DNA of 64,000 bases from a virus. How positions within the stretch are numbered: position 1 is the first letter of the stretch; each line of letters opens with the position of its first letter. This document shows, one piece after another, positions 1 to 10,800 of the stretch. The stretch is taken from the UHGV virus genome UHGV-1368455; one strand, given 5' to 3'. The notes under the pieces were generated by a model. It saw nothing but the letters and a program-made list of their open reading frames with translations, had not been told where the DNA came from and did not search any database. Made by a program: the position numbers and the translations under genes.

Positions 1-1
1 T

Positions 2-265
2 AATAATAATATAATTTCTATGTCTCAAAAGATGCTTGTATCAGGTATTATCAATCCTACTCATATAGCTGCTGTTGCCGCTGGTGATACAACATTTGAC
101 CAACATGTAGTTCTCTGTAATATTACTAATGATAATATAAGTGTAACAATTATGGCAGCTGATGATAGTCAAAATACAACTATTATTCTTGCTCCTGGCT
201 GGAATCCTGTTGTAGTTAAATCTATTACTGGTGCCGTTGAAAATACTTTAGTTTATGGCTATTAA
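2..265 (+). CDS. hypothetical protein, probably the C-terminal part of an ORF that begins upstream of the window
   Basis: Open frame runs from nt 2 with no upstream stop in the window. The ORF track gives 81 aa from 20. It is followed immediately by the next + gene. Confidence 0.4.
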   Translation, partial: NNNIISMSQKMLVSGIINPTHIAAVAAGDTTFDQHVVLCNITNDNISVTIMAADDSQNTTIILAPGWNPVVVKSITGAVENTLVYGY

Positions 266-1241
266 TGCTATTTGTAATGGAATACCTTTTCCAAAAGGAG
301 AAGGTATTTCTTCTTCAATTAAGAAGGCAATGGTTCTTTGGTATGACCTTAAAAGACAAGGTGCTACTAATGAAACAATGAAAGCTAATCCTAAACTTAT
401 AGATTTAAGTGGTAATGGACACGATGCTACTTGTTATAATTTTGCTTGGAGTGGAATGAGTAGTATTGGTGGATATGTACAAGTAAATTTTGATGACACT
501 CATACTATACAGAATAATGCAGGATGGAAATATTTATTTTCTGTTGCCCAATATGTTCCACAAGAATTTCAAATGAAAGTAATTTGTAAAAATCCACCAA
601 TAAAAACAGTTAATATTATTGGAGCTTGGAATGAAGGATACGAGTCTTTTTCAGAAGTCATTACTACAATAAAAATAAATGAAGTACAAACTATTCCAAT
701 ATTAAATCTTGACCCTAAATATAAAAAGATACATATCTCATATAATAATCTTATAGGATATGAAGTAACTACTAAACAAATTCCTGAATATCCTAACACT
801 CTTGTAGCTGATGGTGTAGATGATTATGCTTTATGTTCTACGTTACCTACTTTAGATGATTTTACCATTGTAGCGAAAAGGAAAATTTTGAATGATTCAT
901 TTTGTTTTGCTTCTGCATCAGATGTAGTAAATAAGGGGGCTTTTGTTCTTGAAAGTGATTATTCTACCCAATTTATGGTATATTCATTTGGAGCTGGTAA
1001 TTCTACGTCCAGGGCAGTTGATGATATTATTTATATGACACCTACTTCTTATAATGGTACTGCTATTACAAGAGGTACTAATAATGAGGGGAATAACTTA
1101 AATTTATTCCGAGTTAGGAATGGTGATAGCAGATATATGAAAGGTGTATTATACTCTTTCATTCTATTTAACCGTACTCTTACTACTAAAGAAATTAATT
1201 GGGTTAAACATAATCTTATTGAAGGAGATACTGAATTATGA
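255..1241 (+). CDS. hypothetical structural protein (N/T/S-rich, possibly tail-associated)
   Basis: 328-aa ORF in the + strand structural block. Tightly packed with its neighbours. Confidence 0.5.
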   Translation: MAINAICNGIPFPKGEGISSSIKKAMVLWYDLKRQGATNETMKANPKLIDLSGNGHDATCYNFAWSGMSSIGGYVQVNFDDTHTIQNNAGWKYLFSVAQYVPQEFQMKVICKNPPIKTVNIIGAWNEGYESFSEVITTIKINEVQTIPILNLDPKYKKIHISYNNLIGYEVTTKQIPEYPNTLVADGVDDYALCSTLPTLDDFTIVAKRKILNDSFCFASASDVVNKGAFVLESDYSTQFMVYSFGAGNSTSRAVDDIIYMTPTSYNGTAITRGTNNEGNNLNLFRVRNGDSRYMKGVLYSFILFNRTLTTKEINWVKHNLIEGDTEL

Positions 1242-1504
1242 GATTTATAGTTATTCCTATTGAAGATATGAAAGTTATGTTTACTAAACAAGAACTTTCC
1301 ACTATGAGAAAATCTATTGATGGTACTAAAGTTATTGTTCATGAAGAAGTATTAATTGATAAAAGAAATACTCTTGGTCTTTCTACTTTGCCATCAGAAG
1401 ATACTGGTATTATTGAATGGACTTATCCTACTTATACTTATAATTCGAATGAGTTAAATAATTTATTAAATAGTAAAGAATGGTATAATGAAGTAAATAT
1501 TTAA
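1238..1504 (+). CDS. hypothetical protein
   Basis: 88-aa ORF. Its start overlaps the upstream stop (ATGA), typical of translational coupling. Confidence 0.45.
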   Translation: MRFIVIPIEDMKVMFTKQELSTMRKSIDGTKVIVHEEVLIDKRNTLGLSTLPSEDTGIIEWTYPTYTYNSNELNNLLNSKEWYNEVNI

Positions 1505-1507
1505 GTT

Positions 1508-1831
1508 ATGAACACAGTTGAAATTAAAGCTAAACTTGAACATGTTTTTAAGTCATTTCCTATAAGTAGAGAACAGAAAGAAGCTCTATTTGATATTTAT
1601 ATTCAACTTATGAATGCTGCTCTTGAAGGAGTTAATCCTGACATGACACAGTATGCTAAAAAGACTGATATAAAAACTTATAATGCTGCTACAAAAGAAG
1701 CATTAGGACTTGTTAAACAAGCTGCTACTATTGCACCTCTCGAAGGTGAGGATGAAATTGCTACGGTAATAAGTACAGTTAATACTCTTATTGCTAATCT
1801 TAAAAGCGCAGGTATAATCTCAAATTCATAA
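1508..1831 (+). CDS. hypothetical protein
   Basis: 107-aa ORF, same strand and phase pattern as neighbours. Confidence 0.5.
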   Translation: MNTVEIKAKLEHVFKSFPISREQKEALFDIYIQLMNAALEGVNPDMTQYAKKTDIKTYNAATKEALGLVKQAATIAPLEGEDEIATVISTVNTLIANLKSAGIISNS

Positions 1832-1835
1832 AGTT

Positions 1836-1952
1836 ATGGGACGTCCAAATCGTGGTACAGGAACTGCTGGTCCAAAGAGACATTATAGTGGTTCAAATGA
1901 GAATAAAGAAAGTAATTCTCAAAGTTCTGAAAAGAAAGATAAGTCTAAGTGA
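1836..1952 (+). CDS. small basic disordered peptide (38 aa), hypothetical
   Basis: ATG at 1836, TGA at 1950-1952. Not in the ORF track because it is under 60 aa. Directly followed by the terminator hairpin at 1981. Confidence 0.25.
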   Translation: MGRPNRGTGTAGPKRHYSGSNENKESNSQSSEKKDKSK

Positions 1953-2323
1953 AACAATTATTCTTATTGTTAATAAAGTTCATACCCATCATTCAGTTGA
2001 TGGGTATGCTTTTAAATAATATTTGTTATTATTTTAATCTTAATGATTATATTAGTTATACTTTTGATTTACTTGTTGGTAATTCTATTATTGTTATTAT
2101 ATTACTTTATGTGGCAAGTTATACTTTTTATTTTTGTAAATGGCACAGATTAATTATTAGTGCTAATTTAAGTAATGTCATTATTGCTAATGTTGATATT
2201 TATTTTAGAATACCTATTACTGATTTACAATTACTTATAGTTTATCATTTAATAGCTGCTATATTTATAATTGCAGCAACAATTTCACATATAAAAGAAA
2301 ATAATCATGGACGTAAGACTTAA
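1949..2323 (+). CDS. possible small membrane protein with three predicted TM helices; doubtful
   Basis: Hydrophobic 124-aa ORF with a GTG start. Its first internal ATG (2000) lies inside the terminator stem, so expression is uncertain. Confidence 0.25.
   Translation: MKQLFLLLIKFIPIIQLMGMLLNNICYYFNLNDYISYTFDLLVGNSIIVIILLYVASYTFYFCKWHRLIISANLSNVIIANVDIYFRIPITDLQLLIVYHLIAAIFIIAATISHIKENNHGRKT
1981..2015 (+). terminator. rho-independent terminator-like hairpin
   Basis: Perfect 11-bp stem CATACCCATCA / TGATGGGTATG (1981-1991 and 1998-2008) with a 6-nt loop, then CTTTTAAAT. Confidence 0.55.
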
Positions 2324-2648
2324 ATTAATCAGAAAACTATTAGTTGAAGCTATAAATAAAATTGATAGTGGTAATAGTAATCATAATTCTGACGAACTCG
2401 ATATTATAGTTAAAGATTTAACTAAGTTAAATAGAGGTATTAAACGTATTAGTAAACGTTATACTTGTGATAAAATTTTACATTGTAGTTCAAGCACGTT
2501 TGATAATTATCTCAAACTTGGTCTTATTCCTCCTGGTCATAAAGAAGTTGGTTTCAAAGAATTAAGTTGGAGCGAAAAAGATTTTGATGAAATGACTTTA
2601 CATAAAATTGGTAAATATAGAGCAACACGTGTTGGAGCAACCTTATAA
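2307..2648 (+). CDS. hypothetical protein
   Basis: 113-aa ORF followed by a terminator-like structure. Confidence 0.45.
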   Translation: MDVRLKLIRKLLVEAINKIDSGNSNHNSDELDIIVKDLTKLNRGIKRISKRYTCDKILHCSSSTFDNYLKLGLIPPGHKEVGFKELSWSEKDFDEMTLHKIGKYRATRVGATL

Positions 2649-2676
2649 CTATTTCATAACCTAATTGATTGATATA

Positions 2677-2718
2677 TGCGCACTTACAATTAAATTTGTA
2701 GGTGTGCATTTTTATTTG
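2677..2718 (+). terminator. rho-independent terminator-like stem-loop
   Basis: TGCGCAC (2677-2683) pairs with GTGTGCA (2702-2708). An inner TACAA/TTGTA pairing extends the stem. Followed by TTTTTATTTG. Confidence 0.5.
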
Positions 2719-2792
2719 CTATTCATTCTTATCTTTGTGCTGTAATCGGTTACAAATAACTTAATTTATTAACTAATTAAAGTACAAATGTT

Positions 2793-3749
2793 ATGAGTGA
2801 AGCAAAAACTTATGTATTTGGACAGGACGCTAACAATGGCGTTCTTAATGCACTTATTCCTCTGCTTAATCAGCGAGGTATTGACCCCAATGTTCTTCTT
2901 GCTATGAACAATAATGACTTTGGAGGAAATAATGGTGGATGGTTCTTTTGGGTAATATTGCTGTTGTTGTTTGGCTGGAATCGTAACGGTTTTGGTGGTA
3001 ATGGTGATGGAACTGCTTATCTTGGCAATATGCTTAATAATGATACTGGACGTGACTTGTTGATGCAAGCAATACAAGGAAATACAAGCCGTATAAGCGA
3101 ATTAGCCCAAATGTTTAACTGCTCTACACAAACCATGCAAAATGCTATCTGCCAGCTGCAAACAGCTATTAACGGGGTCGGCAATCAGGTCGGAATGTCA
3201 GGTTTGCAGACCGTCAACGCCATACAGGCCGGCAACGCTTCTCTTGCTTCTCAACTTGCTAAATGTTGTTGTGATAATCAGCTTGCTATGTGTCAGCAAA
3301 CTAATACTCTTCAACAAGCTATTAACGGTGTTAATATTGGTCAAGAACGTGGTTTCTCTCAACTTGGTCATGAGACACAGCGTCAAACTTGTGAACTGCG
3401 TGACGCTATACGTGAAAATACTGCACAAGTACTTGCTGGTCAACGTTCTGCTGAAATGCGTGAAATGCAGAGGGAACTTGCTGAACGTGATAGGAAGATT
3501 GCTGAGCAAGCTGTTGTTATTAACAACGGACAGCAAACTGCTGTATTCGGTCAGATGATACAACAAGCTACTGCACCTATTGCTGCTGCTGTTGCTGGTT
3601 TGCAAAAAGACGTTGATGGTGTTAAGTGTAAACTTCCTGAGACTACTACTATTCCTTACTCGCCAGTAGTAGGAGTTCCTACTTGTGTAGCTGCTCAATA
3701 TGGTCTTGGTTTTGGTCTTGGTGTAAATCCTTTTGGTGCTTGGGGTTAA
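2793..3749 (+). CDS. hypothetical virion protein: Gly/Asn-rich N-terminal part, one TM-like segment, Gln-rich coiled-coil-like C-terminal part
   Basis: 318-aa ORF with visibly higher GC than its surroundings. Contains GGWFFWVILLLLFGW and repeated Q-A-I/Q-L-A segments. The alternative-frame ORFs 3142-3558 and 3198-3698 lie inside it and are treated as shadows. Confidence 0.6.
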   Translation: MSEAKTYVFGQDANNGVLNALIPLLNQRGIDPNVLLAMNNNDFGGNNGGWFFWVILLLLFGWNRNGFGGNGDGTAYLGNMLNNDTGRDLLMQAIQGNTSRISELAQMFNCSTQTMQNAICQLQTAINGVGNQVGMSGLQTVNAIQAGNASLASQLAKCCCDNQLAMCQQTNTLQQAINGVNIGQERGFSQLGHETQRQTCELRDAIRENTAQVLAGQRSAEMREMQRELAERDRKIAEQAVVINNGQQTAVFGQMIQQATAPIAAAVAGLQKDVDGVKCKLPETTTIPYSPVVGVPTCVAAQYGLGFGLGVNPFGAWG

Positions 3750-3768
3750 TTTTTAATATATAGAGGAT

Positions 3769-4098
3769 ATGTCTTTACTTAATCCTTTTATAATGGCTAA
3801 CAGAAATGGTATTCCTCGTATTGAAGCTACTGGAGTAAATGTTAGTACTACTGCTGTTACTTTTAGTTTTCAGAGGAATGCTTTTTATAACAGAAATTTT
3901 GCTGGACTGATTATATTCAGACTTCCTGCTTATACAGCTCCTGCAACTGCCGTTCCTGTTATTTTTGATACCGATGGTGAAAGTCAAGCTGTTACTACTC
4001 TTGGTGGTGCTGCTGTTACTTCTGCTGAACTTAATCAATCTGGTATCTATCTTGGATTTTATGACGGAAATACTCTTCAACTTTTAACTGGTATTTAA
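3769..4098 (+). CDS. hypothetical protein
   Basis: 109-aa ORF. Confidence 0.5.
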   Translation: MSLLNPFIMANRNGIPRIEATGVNVSTTAVTFSFQRNAFYNRNFAGLIIFRLPAYTAPATAVPVIFDTDGESQAVTTLGGAAVTSAELNQSGIYLGFYDGNTLQLLTGI

Positions 4099-4101
4099 TC
4101 T

Positions 4102-4593
4102 ATGTTTAATAATTTAGGCAAAAATAGTGTATTCTATATCTTAGATAAGAATAATGAAAAACCTATTCTAAAAGTAGGTAAAGTTACTGATACTAAAATT
4201 AATCCTCAATTTTATGGACTTACTAATCAAGAAATGGAAATTAGTGCTGTTGCTGATGGACAAGAATATATATTTAAGAAAATTCCTACCAACATTTCTA
4301 TTGTTAGTCCTTCTGCTGGCATTGTTATTTCTGACAATCCACAAGATATGATTAATGAATATGAAAGTATGGTATCTGTTAGTCAACAAGCTCTTAAGAT
4401 GGTAGACTATAATAAAGCTGTTGTTGATAGTCGAGACGAAATTATGTCTATACTTAATCCTCGATTTGCTAAAGAAAAAGAACAAGAAAATAAACTAAAT
4501 GCTCTTGAGGGTAGAGTTGGTAATATGGAACAAGGTATAGGTGATATAAAAACTATGTTGTCTAAACTTATTAACGTTAAACAAGGAGAATAA
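4102..4593 (+). CDS. hypothetical protein
   Basis: 163-aa ORF, 3 nt after the previous stop. Confidence 0.55.
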   Translation: MFNNLGKNSVFYILDKNNEKPILKVGKVTDTKINPQFYGLTNQEMEISAVADGQEYIFKKIPTNISIVSPSAGIVISDNPQDMINEYESMVSVSQQALKMVDYNKAVVDSRDEIMSILNPRFAKEKEQENKLNALEGRVGNMEQGIGDIKTMLSKLINVKQGE

Positions 4594-4597
4594 GATT

Positions 4598-4834
4598 ATG
4601 TATATGATAGAAATAAGCGAAGATAAAATTGATAGTCTTGTTGAACACGTTTCTAAGAGTATCAAATGTCTCGGTAAAGTTGCCGAATGTCTTGAAGAAA
4701 TGCGTAGTGAAGGCTATGAAGATGAAGATGAATATGACGAGCGAGACAAATACGCTGCCGGAGGTGGTAGAGAAATGTATCGTCGTGGAGGTCGCAGTCG
4801 TTATGCTCGCGGTGGTCGGTATAGTAATTATTAA
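4598..4834 (+). CDS. small acidic protein with an Arg/Gly-rich tail, hypothetical
   Basis: 78-aa ORF with an EDEDEYDERD stretch followed by an RGGR-rich C-terminus. Confidence 0.45.
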   Translation: MYMIEISEDKIDSLVEHVSKSIKCLGKVAECLEEMRSEGYEDEDEYDERDKYAAGGGREMYRRGGRSRYARGGRYSNY

Positions 4835-4882
4835 ACAGTAGGTAATAGGAGCTATAATGCTCCTATTACTTTTTATAAAGCT

Positions 4883-5305
4883 ATGAAACATAATCCGTTA
4901 GACGCACATGATGATATGCCTGATGGAATGAAAAGGTATATTAGTAATTATGGCTTTCACTTTAATAAAAAAGCATATAATTACGCTACTTCTTATATGA
5001 CTAAACGTAATCCTAAAACTAATAAAGAAGAACATATAAAACCTTATACTAAAGAAGAAGTAGATAATCTATTAGATACATATAATATTGAACTTAAAAA
5101 TAAAATAATGTATGACTATGTTTATGCTGCTACTATGGCTAAAGCCGATTATTTAGGCTCTACTATTGAAGATGATTTACATTTAGCTCGTTACATTAAA
5201 GATACTATTGATGATGTGGATGCCAGCTCCGAAACTACATTTAGACGTTGGATGGCTACTATGATTGGAAATGGTATGCCCATTGATTGGTATGAAATTG
5301 TTTAA
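4883..5305 (+). CDS. hypothetical protein
   Basis: 140-aa ORF followed by a strong terminator. Confidence 0.55.
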   Translation: MKHNPLDAHDDMPDGMKRYISNYGFHFNKKAYNYATSYMTKRNPKTNKEEHIKPYTKEEVDNLLDTYNIELKNKIMYDYVYAATMAKADYLGSTIEDDLHLARYIKDTIDDVDASSETTFRRWMATMIGNGMPIDWYEIV

Positions 5306-5335
5306 GTTAATTGTGATAATAAAGTTTGTTTTTTA

Positions 5336-5384
5336 ATTGCAATAGTTAGTCGTGATGACTAAGCTATTGCAATTTTTTTGTTTA
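5336..5384 (+). terminator. rho-independent terminator
   Basis: Stem ATTGCAATAGTTAG (5336-5349) pairs with CTAAGCTATTGCAAT (5359-5373), about 13 bp with one bulge. Followed by TTTTTTTGTTTATTG. Confidence 0.7.
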
Positions 5385-5404
5385 TTGACATTGTATAATT
5401 AAAT

Positions 5405-5425
5405 AAATGTTTTATATTTGTAGTG
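5405..5425 (+). promoter_or_regulatory. candidate Bacteroidota-type promoter -7 element (TAtaTTTG)
   Basis: TATATTTG at about 5413-5420 matches the TAnnTTTG -7 consensus. It sits between the terminator and the ATG at 5467. No clean -33 TTTG was seen. Confidence 0.3.
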
Positions 5426-5466
5426 ATTATCGTATTACATTATTTATTAATTAAACTATTGTTATT

Positions 5467-6150
5467 ATGAGCAGTATTGCACAACTTGTTTCAGAGATTG
5501 CTCATTCCGTAAAGCAACCTGATAGTGTTCCTGTTCGTAGAGCTATTAAACTTGGTATAATTCATGCTCGAAACGAAGTCATAAGACGTAGTTTTGCTAA
5601 TCATAATTATACTGACAAAGTTCTACAACAACGTTTTAAACTTACTCTTATTGATGTTCCTGACGGTGACCTTTATGGTTCTGATAAAGTTGTTACATCT
5701 CAAGTTAAAAGAACTATTAATAAAGTTCCTCGTCCTGTAAGACTTACTAATAATCTTCCTTTTCATTCTGTTCGTACTGCTGGTGTACGAAATCCTATTG
5801 AAATAGCTTTTGTTAAAGAAGCTACTGCTAAATATTATAATGCTCTACCTGGGTTTTGTCCTAATGTTAGTTATGATTATATTAACGAATATATCTATGT
5901 GAACTCCCCCGTAGAGGGACAACTTGCTTCAATTAGTGCTATTATTGTTGAATCTGTATTTGAATATCCTCATATTATAGAAACTGAAACTGTTGAAGGT
6001 AAACTTGATATAGATACTATTGATGATAATGATGAATTTTTACTACCTGAAGATATGATTACTACTGTTAAACAACTTATTCTTTCTACTTGGAATCCAG
6101 ATATTATTCGTGATACTAATGAAGTTCCTACTCCTAATATAGTACAATAA
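5467..6150 (+). CDS. hypothetical structural protein
   Basis: 227-aa ORF. Contains one in-frame copy of the dispersed repeat (NSPVEG). Confidence 0.6.
   Translation: MSSIAQLVSEIAHSVKQPDSVPVRRAIKLGIIHARNEVIRRSFANHNYTDKVLQQRFKLTLIDVPDGDLYGSDKVVTSQVKRTINKVPRPVRLTNNLPFHSVRTAGVRNPIEIAFVKEATAKYYNALPGFCPNVSYDYINEYIYVNSPVEGQLASISAIIVESVFEYPHIIETETVEGKLDIDTIDDNDEFLLPEDMITTVKQLILSTWNPDIIRDTNEVPTPNIVQ
5902..5921 (+). repeat. dispersed CCCCGTAGAGGG element, copy 1
   Basis: AACTCCCCCGTAGAGGGACA. In frame in the CDS at 5467-6150, encoding NSPVEG. Confidence 0.9.
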
Positions 6151-7079
6151 TGGTAGTAGATATTAAATTCAAAGACTTTTATCTTCAATTTATTGGTTCT
6201 ATAAAAGAAAATATTAAAAAAAATCAAGAAATAATAGAAGATACTACTAAAAAGCGTGATGAAATCTATAATGAAATTAATAACGCAAAAGATTTACTTA
6301 AAGATAAACTTAATATAGAATTAGATAAATATACTGAATGGAAAGATAAAATTTATAATTCTACTCTTGCTTTATTCGGCGTTGCATATTATTATATAAA
6401 TCGAACGAGTGATACAATTATTAAACATCATCTCGGTAATATTATTCAGTTTACATATTGTCTAAAAAAGATTTATATGGCTGAACATCGTATTGAAATT
6501 AATAATAAAGCAAGTAAACTTACTTATCGTCAATATACTCTTATAGTAAGTAGTTATTACAATAAAGTTCATAAATTTCTTCTTAATGGTTATGGTTATA
6601 AATATCAAGGAGGTATTGGAACTTTTATTATTAATCATTGGAAATTTGATAATACTAAATCTAAACGTATGGTATTAGATTATAATGCTACTAATAAACG
6701 TAAAAAAGAACTTATAGCGAAAGGTCTAAAACCTTACGATGATAAAGAAGCCGCATGGTATAAAGCTCGTCATATTCCTTATGACGGAATTGATTATAAA
6801 GTATATCAAACTAATAGTAGTTATTATGAATTTTGTTTTATTAAATCGAGTTTAGTTCATAGTAAACGCGGTTATGATTATAAACGTACTGAATATGTTT
6901 CTGCTAAATATAGAGGTATGAGTTATCAAAAAATTGCTGATACTTTCGTTAAGAAAGATGAAGATGTTTATGATATGCAATTGGATATTAAATATAAACT
7001 TAATATACTTCTATATCGTAATCCCACAATATATCTAAACTTTGTTCGTAATGCAGAACAAAACCGTTACAAATATTGA
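6150..7079 (+). CDS. hypothetical protein (K/Y/N-rich)
   Basis: 309-aa ORF. The start overlaps the upstream stop. Confidence 0.6.
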   Translation: MVVDIKFKDFYLQFIGSIKENIKKNQEIIEDTTKKRDEIYNEINNAKDLLKDKLNIELDKYTEWKDKIYNSTLALFGVAYYYINRTSDTIIKHHLGNIIQFTYCLKKIYMAEHRIEINNKASKLTYRQYTLIVSSYYNKVHKFLLNGYGYKYQGGIGTFIINHWKFDNTKSKRMVLDYNATNKRKKELIAKGLKPYDDKEAAWYKARHIPYDGIDYKVYQTNSSYYEFCFIKSSLVHSKRGYDYKRTEYVSAKYRGMSYQKIADTFVKKDEDVYDMQLDIKYKLNILLYRNPTIYLNFVRNAEQNRYKY

Positions 7080-7893
7080 GCGTATAATTGCTAAAATAGA
7101 CAATGATTTCAATCCTGATAATAGTGATTGGATTCCTCGTGTTGGAGCATGGTGTATTGACGCAATGTCTATGCTCGATTGTCTTTGTACTAAACGTACT
7201 AAGAAAACTATTACTGTTAAAAACAGAATAGCTTATGTTGGTTGTCCTATTAATAATATGAATATCAAAATATATGATTCTAATGGTTGTGAAATAGAAG
7301 AAGCTAATAATAAGAAATGCGGATGTAATAATCCCTCTACGGGGGAGGTTGAACAATCTACAACGACAAAAATTAGTACGGCAGTTAGTCGTTATGAAGC
7401 CAATGCGCCTATTACAAAAGCTCCTGATTATTTATTAGCTGAAACTCTTAATGATAAAGAATGGCCTGGACGTTATAGAATTAATGAATTTAATTATGTT
7501 AATGGACAACAAAATATTAATAAAAATTATGTTATTACTGGAAATGATAAAATAGAACTTAATTTTGATACTAAATGTATTACTCTCGAATATGATACTA
7601 TTGAAACTGCTCAAACTCAATTTGGTTGCGAACTTCCAGTTATTCCTAACAATGGAATACTTATTGAAGCTCTAACTTATTATTGTATGTATAAGATGTT
7701 ATGTAGAGGTTATAAACATCCTGTATTTAATCTTGCAGCAAGTCAATATGGTACTAATCCTTATTATATATGGACACAACTTAAAGATGAAGCTAAACGT
7801 TCTGTTATAGCTAATAGAGTTGATACTGATGAAGATATTAGTAAAATGTTTCGTAGTGCTTTTTATATTGATACTTTTGACCCTCGTAGATAA
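7042..7893 (+). CDS. hypothetical structural protein
   Basis: 283-aa ORF that overlaps the upstream ORF by 38 nt. Contains one in-frame repeat copy (NPSTGEVEQ). Confidence 0.55.
   Translation: MFVMQNKTVTNIERIIAKIDNDFNPDNSDWIPRVGAWCIDAMSMLDCLCTKRTKKTITVKNRIAYVGCPINNMNIKIYDSNGCEIEEANNKKCGCNNPSTGEVEQSTTTKISTAVSRYEANAPITKAPDYLLAETLNDKEWPGRYRINEFNYVNGQQNINKNYVITGNDKIELNFDTKCITLEYDTIETAQTQFGCELPVIPNNGILIEALTYYCMYKMLCRGYKHPVFNLAASQYGTNPYYIWTQLKDEAKRSVIANRVDTDEDISKMFRSAFYIDTFDPRR
7329..7355 (-). repeat. dispersed element, copy 2 (reverse orientation)
   Basis: TAATCCCTCTACGGGGGAGGTTGAACAA. In the CDS at 7042-7893, encoding NPSTGEVEQ. Near-identical 27-mer to copy 5. Confidence 0.9.
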
Positions 7894-10800
7894 TGGCACA
7901 AATAATTCCCAAACTTAATCTTAACAAACATCCTTCAGAAGTACTTAATGGAAGTTTGATAGATGCTACTAATATTATTGTTAGTAACGACAATGCTGTT
8001 ATACAAACTGAGCCTCAACTTGATACATCTGACATTAATAATCAACTAATAAATCTTATTGGTAGTCGTTCTTATTCTATTAAATATTGTATTAATTGTA
8101 ATAAAGAATTAATTATATTTGTATTATTTAATGATGATGCTGACAATATATCTTTATATAGATATAATGAAGATTATAATGAAATTAAATATGTTACTAA
8201 AACAGATTATCATGGAGGTGAATTACTTGGAACTTTTACTTATAATTTTAATAATCTTATAATTGCTTTTAGCGAATACTTTGAAGATGATAGTAAGAAC
8301 GTTCCATTAAAAACTATTAATCTTGGCAAGTGGAACGAAACTATAAATGATAATGATGTTAATCAATTAAATAATTCTAAAATACATCCTTGTAATCCTG
8401 AAGTTAAAATTCCTAATATTACTACTTCTTATGTTAAAGGTAATTGTTATAAAGGATGGTATTTTATTTTTATTCGTTATAAAATTGATAGTAATACTTA
8501 TACTCAATGGTTTAATACTAATGAATATATTTTTATAGATACTTTTACTAATACTAATTTATATAAAAGTTATATCAGTTCTGATGTTAAAAATATTGGT
8601 AATAAGAAAAATACTTGGAACTCTTTTTATAATTATATATCTGATGATACTGATATAAGTTTAATTACATTACAATGTGATGTAACAAATAGGGATACTA
8701 AATATAAATATTATCAATTAGGTTTTGTTATTAATAGAAAAGATACAACTAAATGTTATCGAAGTGAAGATATTGATATTAATAATAGTACTTTTATATT
8801 TAATAATAATTTAGTTGTAGAAGAAGGTTTAATCAATATGATTAATACCTATACTAATTATTATAATGTTAAATCATTAACTGCTGTTGGAAATAGATTA
8901 TTTATTGGAAACTATAAAGAAAATAATTTTGAAAAAGATATTATTAATTCACTTAAAAATATTAATTTATCAGTTTCTTTTATTCCTTCTGAAAATAATA
9001 CCGATACTCAAGATATAGAAACAAGAGCAGAACAAGAATTAACTTGTACTGTATATTGTACTAACAGAACAAGTAATAATCAAGTTAATCTTATTGCTAA
9101 ACTTTGGAATAATCAACAAGATGGAATGATTTATTATACTGGTAGTCAAATGCCTCTTGTTAATAAAAATCATGACGATGTAGATATACATACTATGGGT
9201 CAATGTAAAATTAAATATCATTATCAAGGTAAAGATGTTACTGAAATTGTTGATGCTAAAAATATTATAGTTGCTCCATTTGAAAATAAAGTTATTAACG
9301 GACAATCTAATCAAGGACGTATATTTATTCTTAAAGATGGAGAACTTATAGAACATGAGCCAGATGGTCCAGATATAAATACTGTTAGTTTATTAAGTTT
9401 CTATACTAATAAAGTTTTTGGAGAAATAGCTATGTCTTATACTAATTGTGATTTTACTCATACAGAAGTTGGTGTTGATGGTGGAGAGATAGAATCTTCT
9501 ACTAATATACTTAATACATCAGGTTTAAGACCTAATAATCCATATAACTTTTTTATTCATTTTATTGATAAATATGGATTATATACTGATGGTTTTAATA
9601 TAAATAATTTTAATCTTAATACTTCTGAAAATAATTTTATTAATAATATAGGAGATAAAATTATTATTACTCCTAATGATGATAATTCATATATTGCTAA
9701 ATTTGTTCTTGATAATATTCCTGAACAATATGTTGGATGGTTTATTTCTTATGAAAAAATTGAACGTTATATTAAATATACAGGATTTATTGGAGGTAAT
9801 GGTGAAATACAAGAAGATAGTGAAGATGCGAGTATTGAAATAAATAAAACTTCTTATATAGCTGAAGATATTAAAAGAGATTCTACTAATCCTTGGCAAG
9901 GAAAACGTGGCAATAATCAAAATTTTATTAGCAATGAACTTAATTTTCTTGATAGTATTATTACAGATTTTGATATTGCAAGATTTTATAATACTACTGT
10001 TACAAGAACAAAAGGAAATAATAATATAGCAAAACTTACCTATAATAAAACTGATAATGCATATATAGATATTCCAATTATTAGTAAACATTTATTAGTT
10101 GCTGATAGTTATAATAATATTGGAGGTGAAACTAAATTTCAATTAGAGTTAAATGGTGTCGCTGAAGTTATTACTTATTCTTATATAGTTGAACTTATTA
10201 AAAGTGATAAAACTAATATTTATAATAATATTAATAAAACATTAATTCCTTGTTCTGAAATTAAATATGAAACTGGAGAAATAAATGTAAATACTAAAGA
10301 TTCTTTTCATAGTGAAATTCATGTTTACGACTACAAAGAAAGTACTTATTGGAATGATACTCTTAAATATTTTCAAAGTTCTGGTGATTCAAGACCTGTT
10401 ATTCATCCTGTTTTTTGTAAAGTTCAACAAGCGTTTGTAGATATTCCTTGGGAAAGTTTACAAATTAATAATAAACCTGAAATTATATTTTTTCCTAATA
10501 AAGGACTTAATACTACTGATGAATATAAAAAATCATTTATAATCGGAACTATTATTGAAGCAAAAAATACTGTTGATTTATTTCAACAGAAAAATAATAC
10601 TGTTTGGAATGCTTGTCCAAAAACTATTACTAATTATTATGAAAGTAAAAACTACGCAAAAGATTATCCTAAAACTATTCGTCGTAGTAATATTATTCAA
10701 GATGAATCTCGTAATAATGCTTGGAGGCAATTTAAACTTGAACAATATAAAAATATTACTGAAAATAAAGGCGATGTAACCAAACTTATTGCTATCGGTT

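Noticed and set aside
3142-3698. ORFs 3142-3558 (+) and 3198-3698 (-) inside the gene at 2793-3749
   Set aside because: They sit in alternative frames of a well-supported CDS. Low-complexity L/S/N-rich translations are typical of shadow ORFs.
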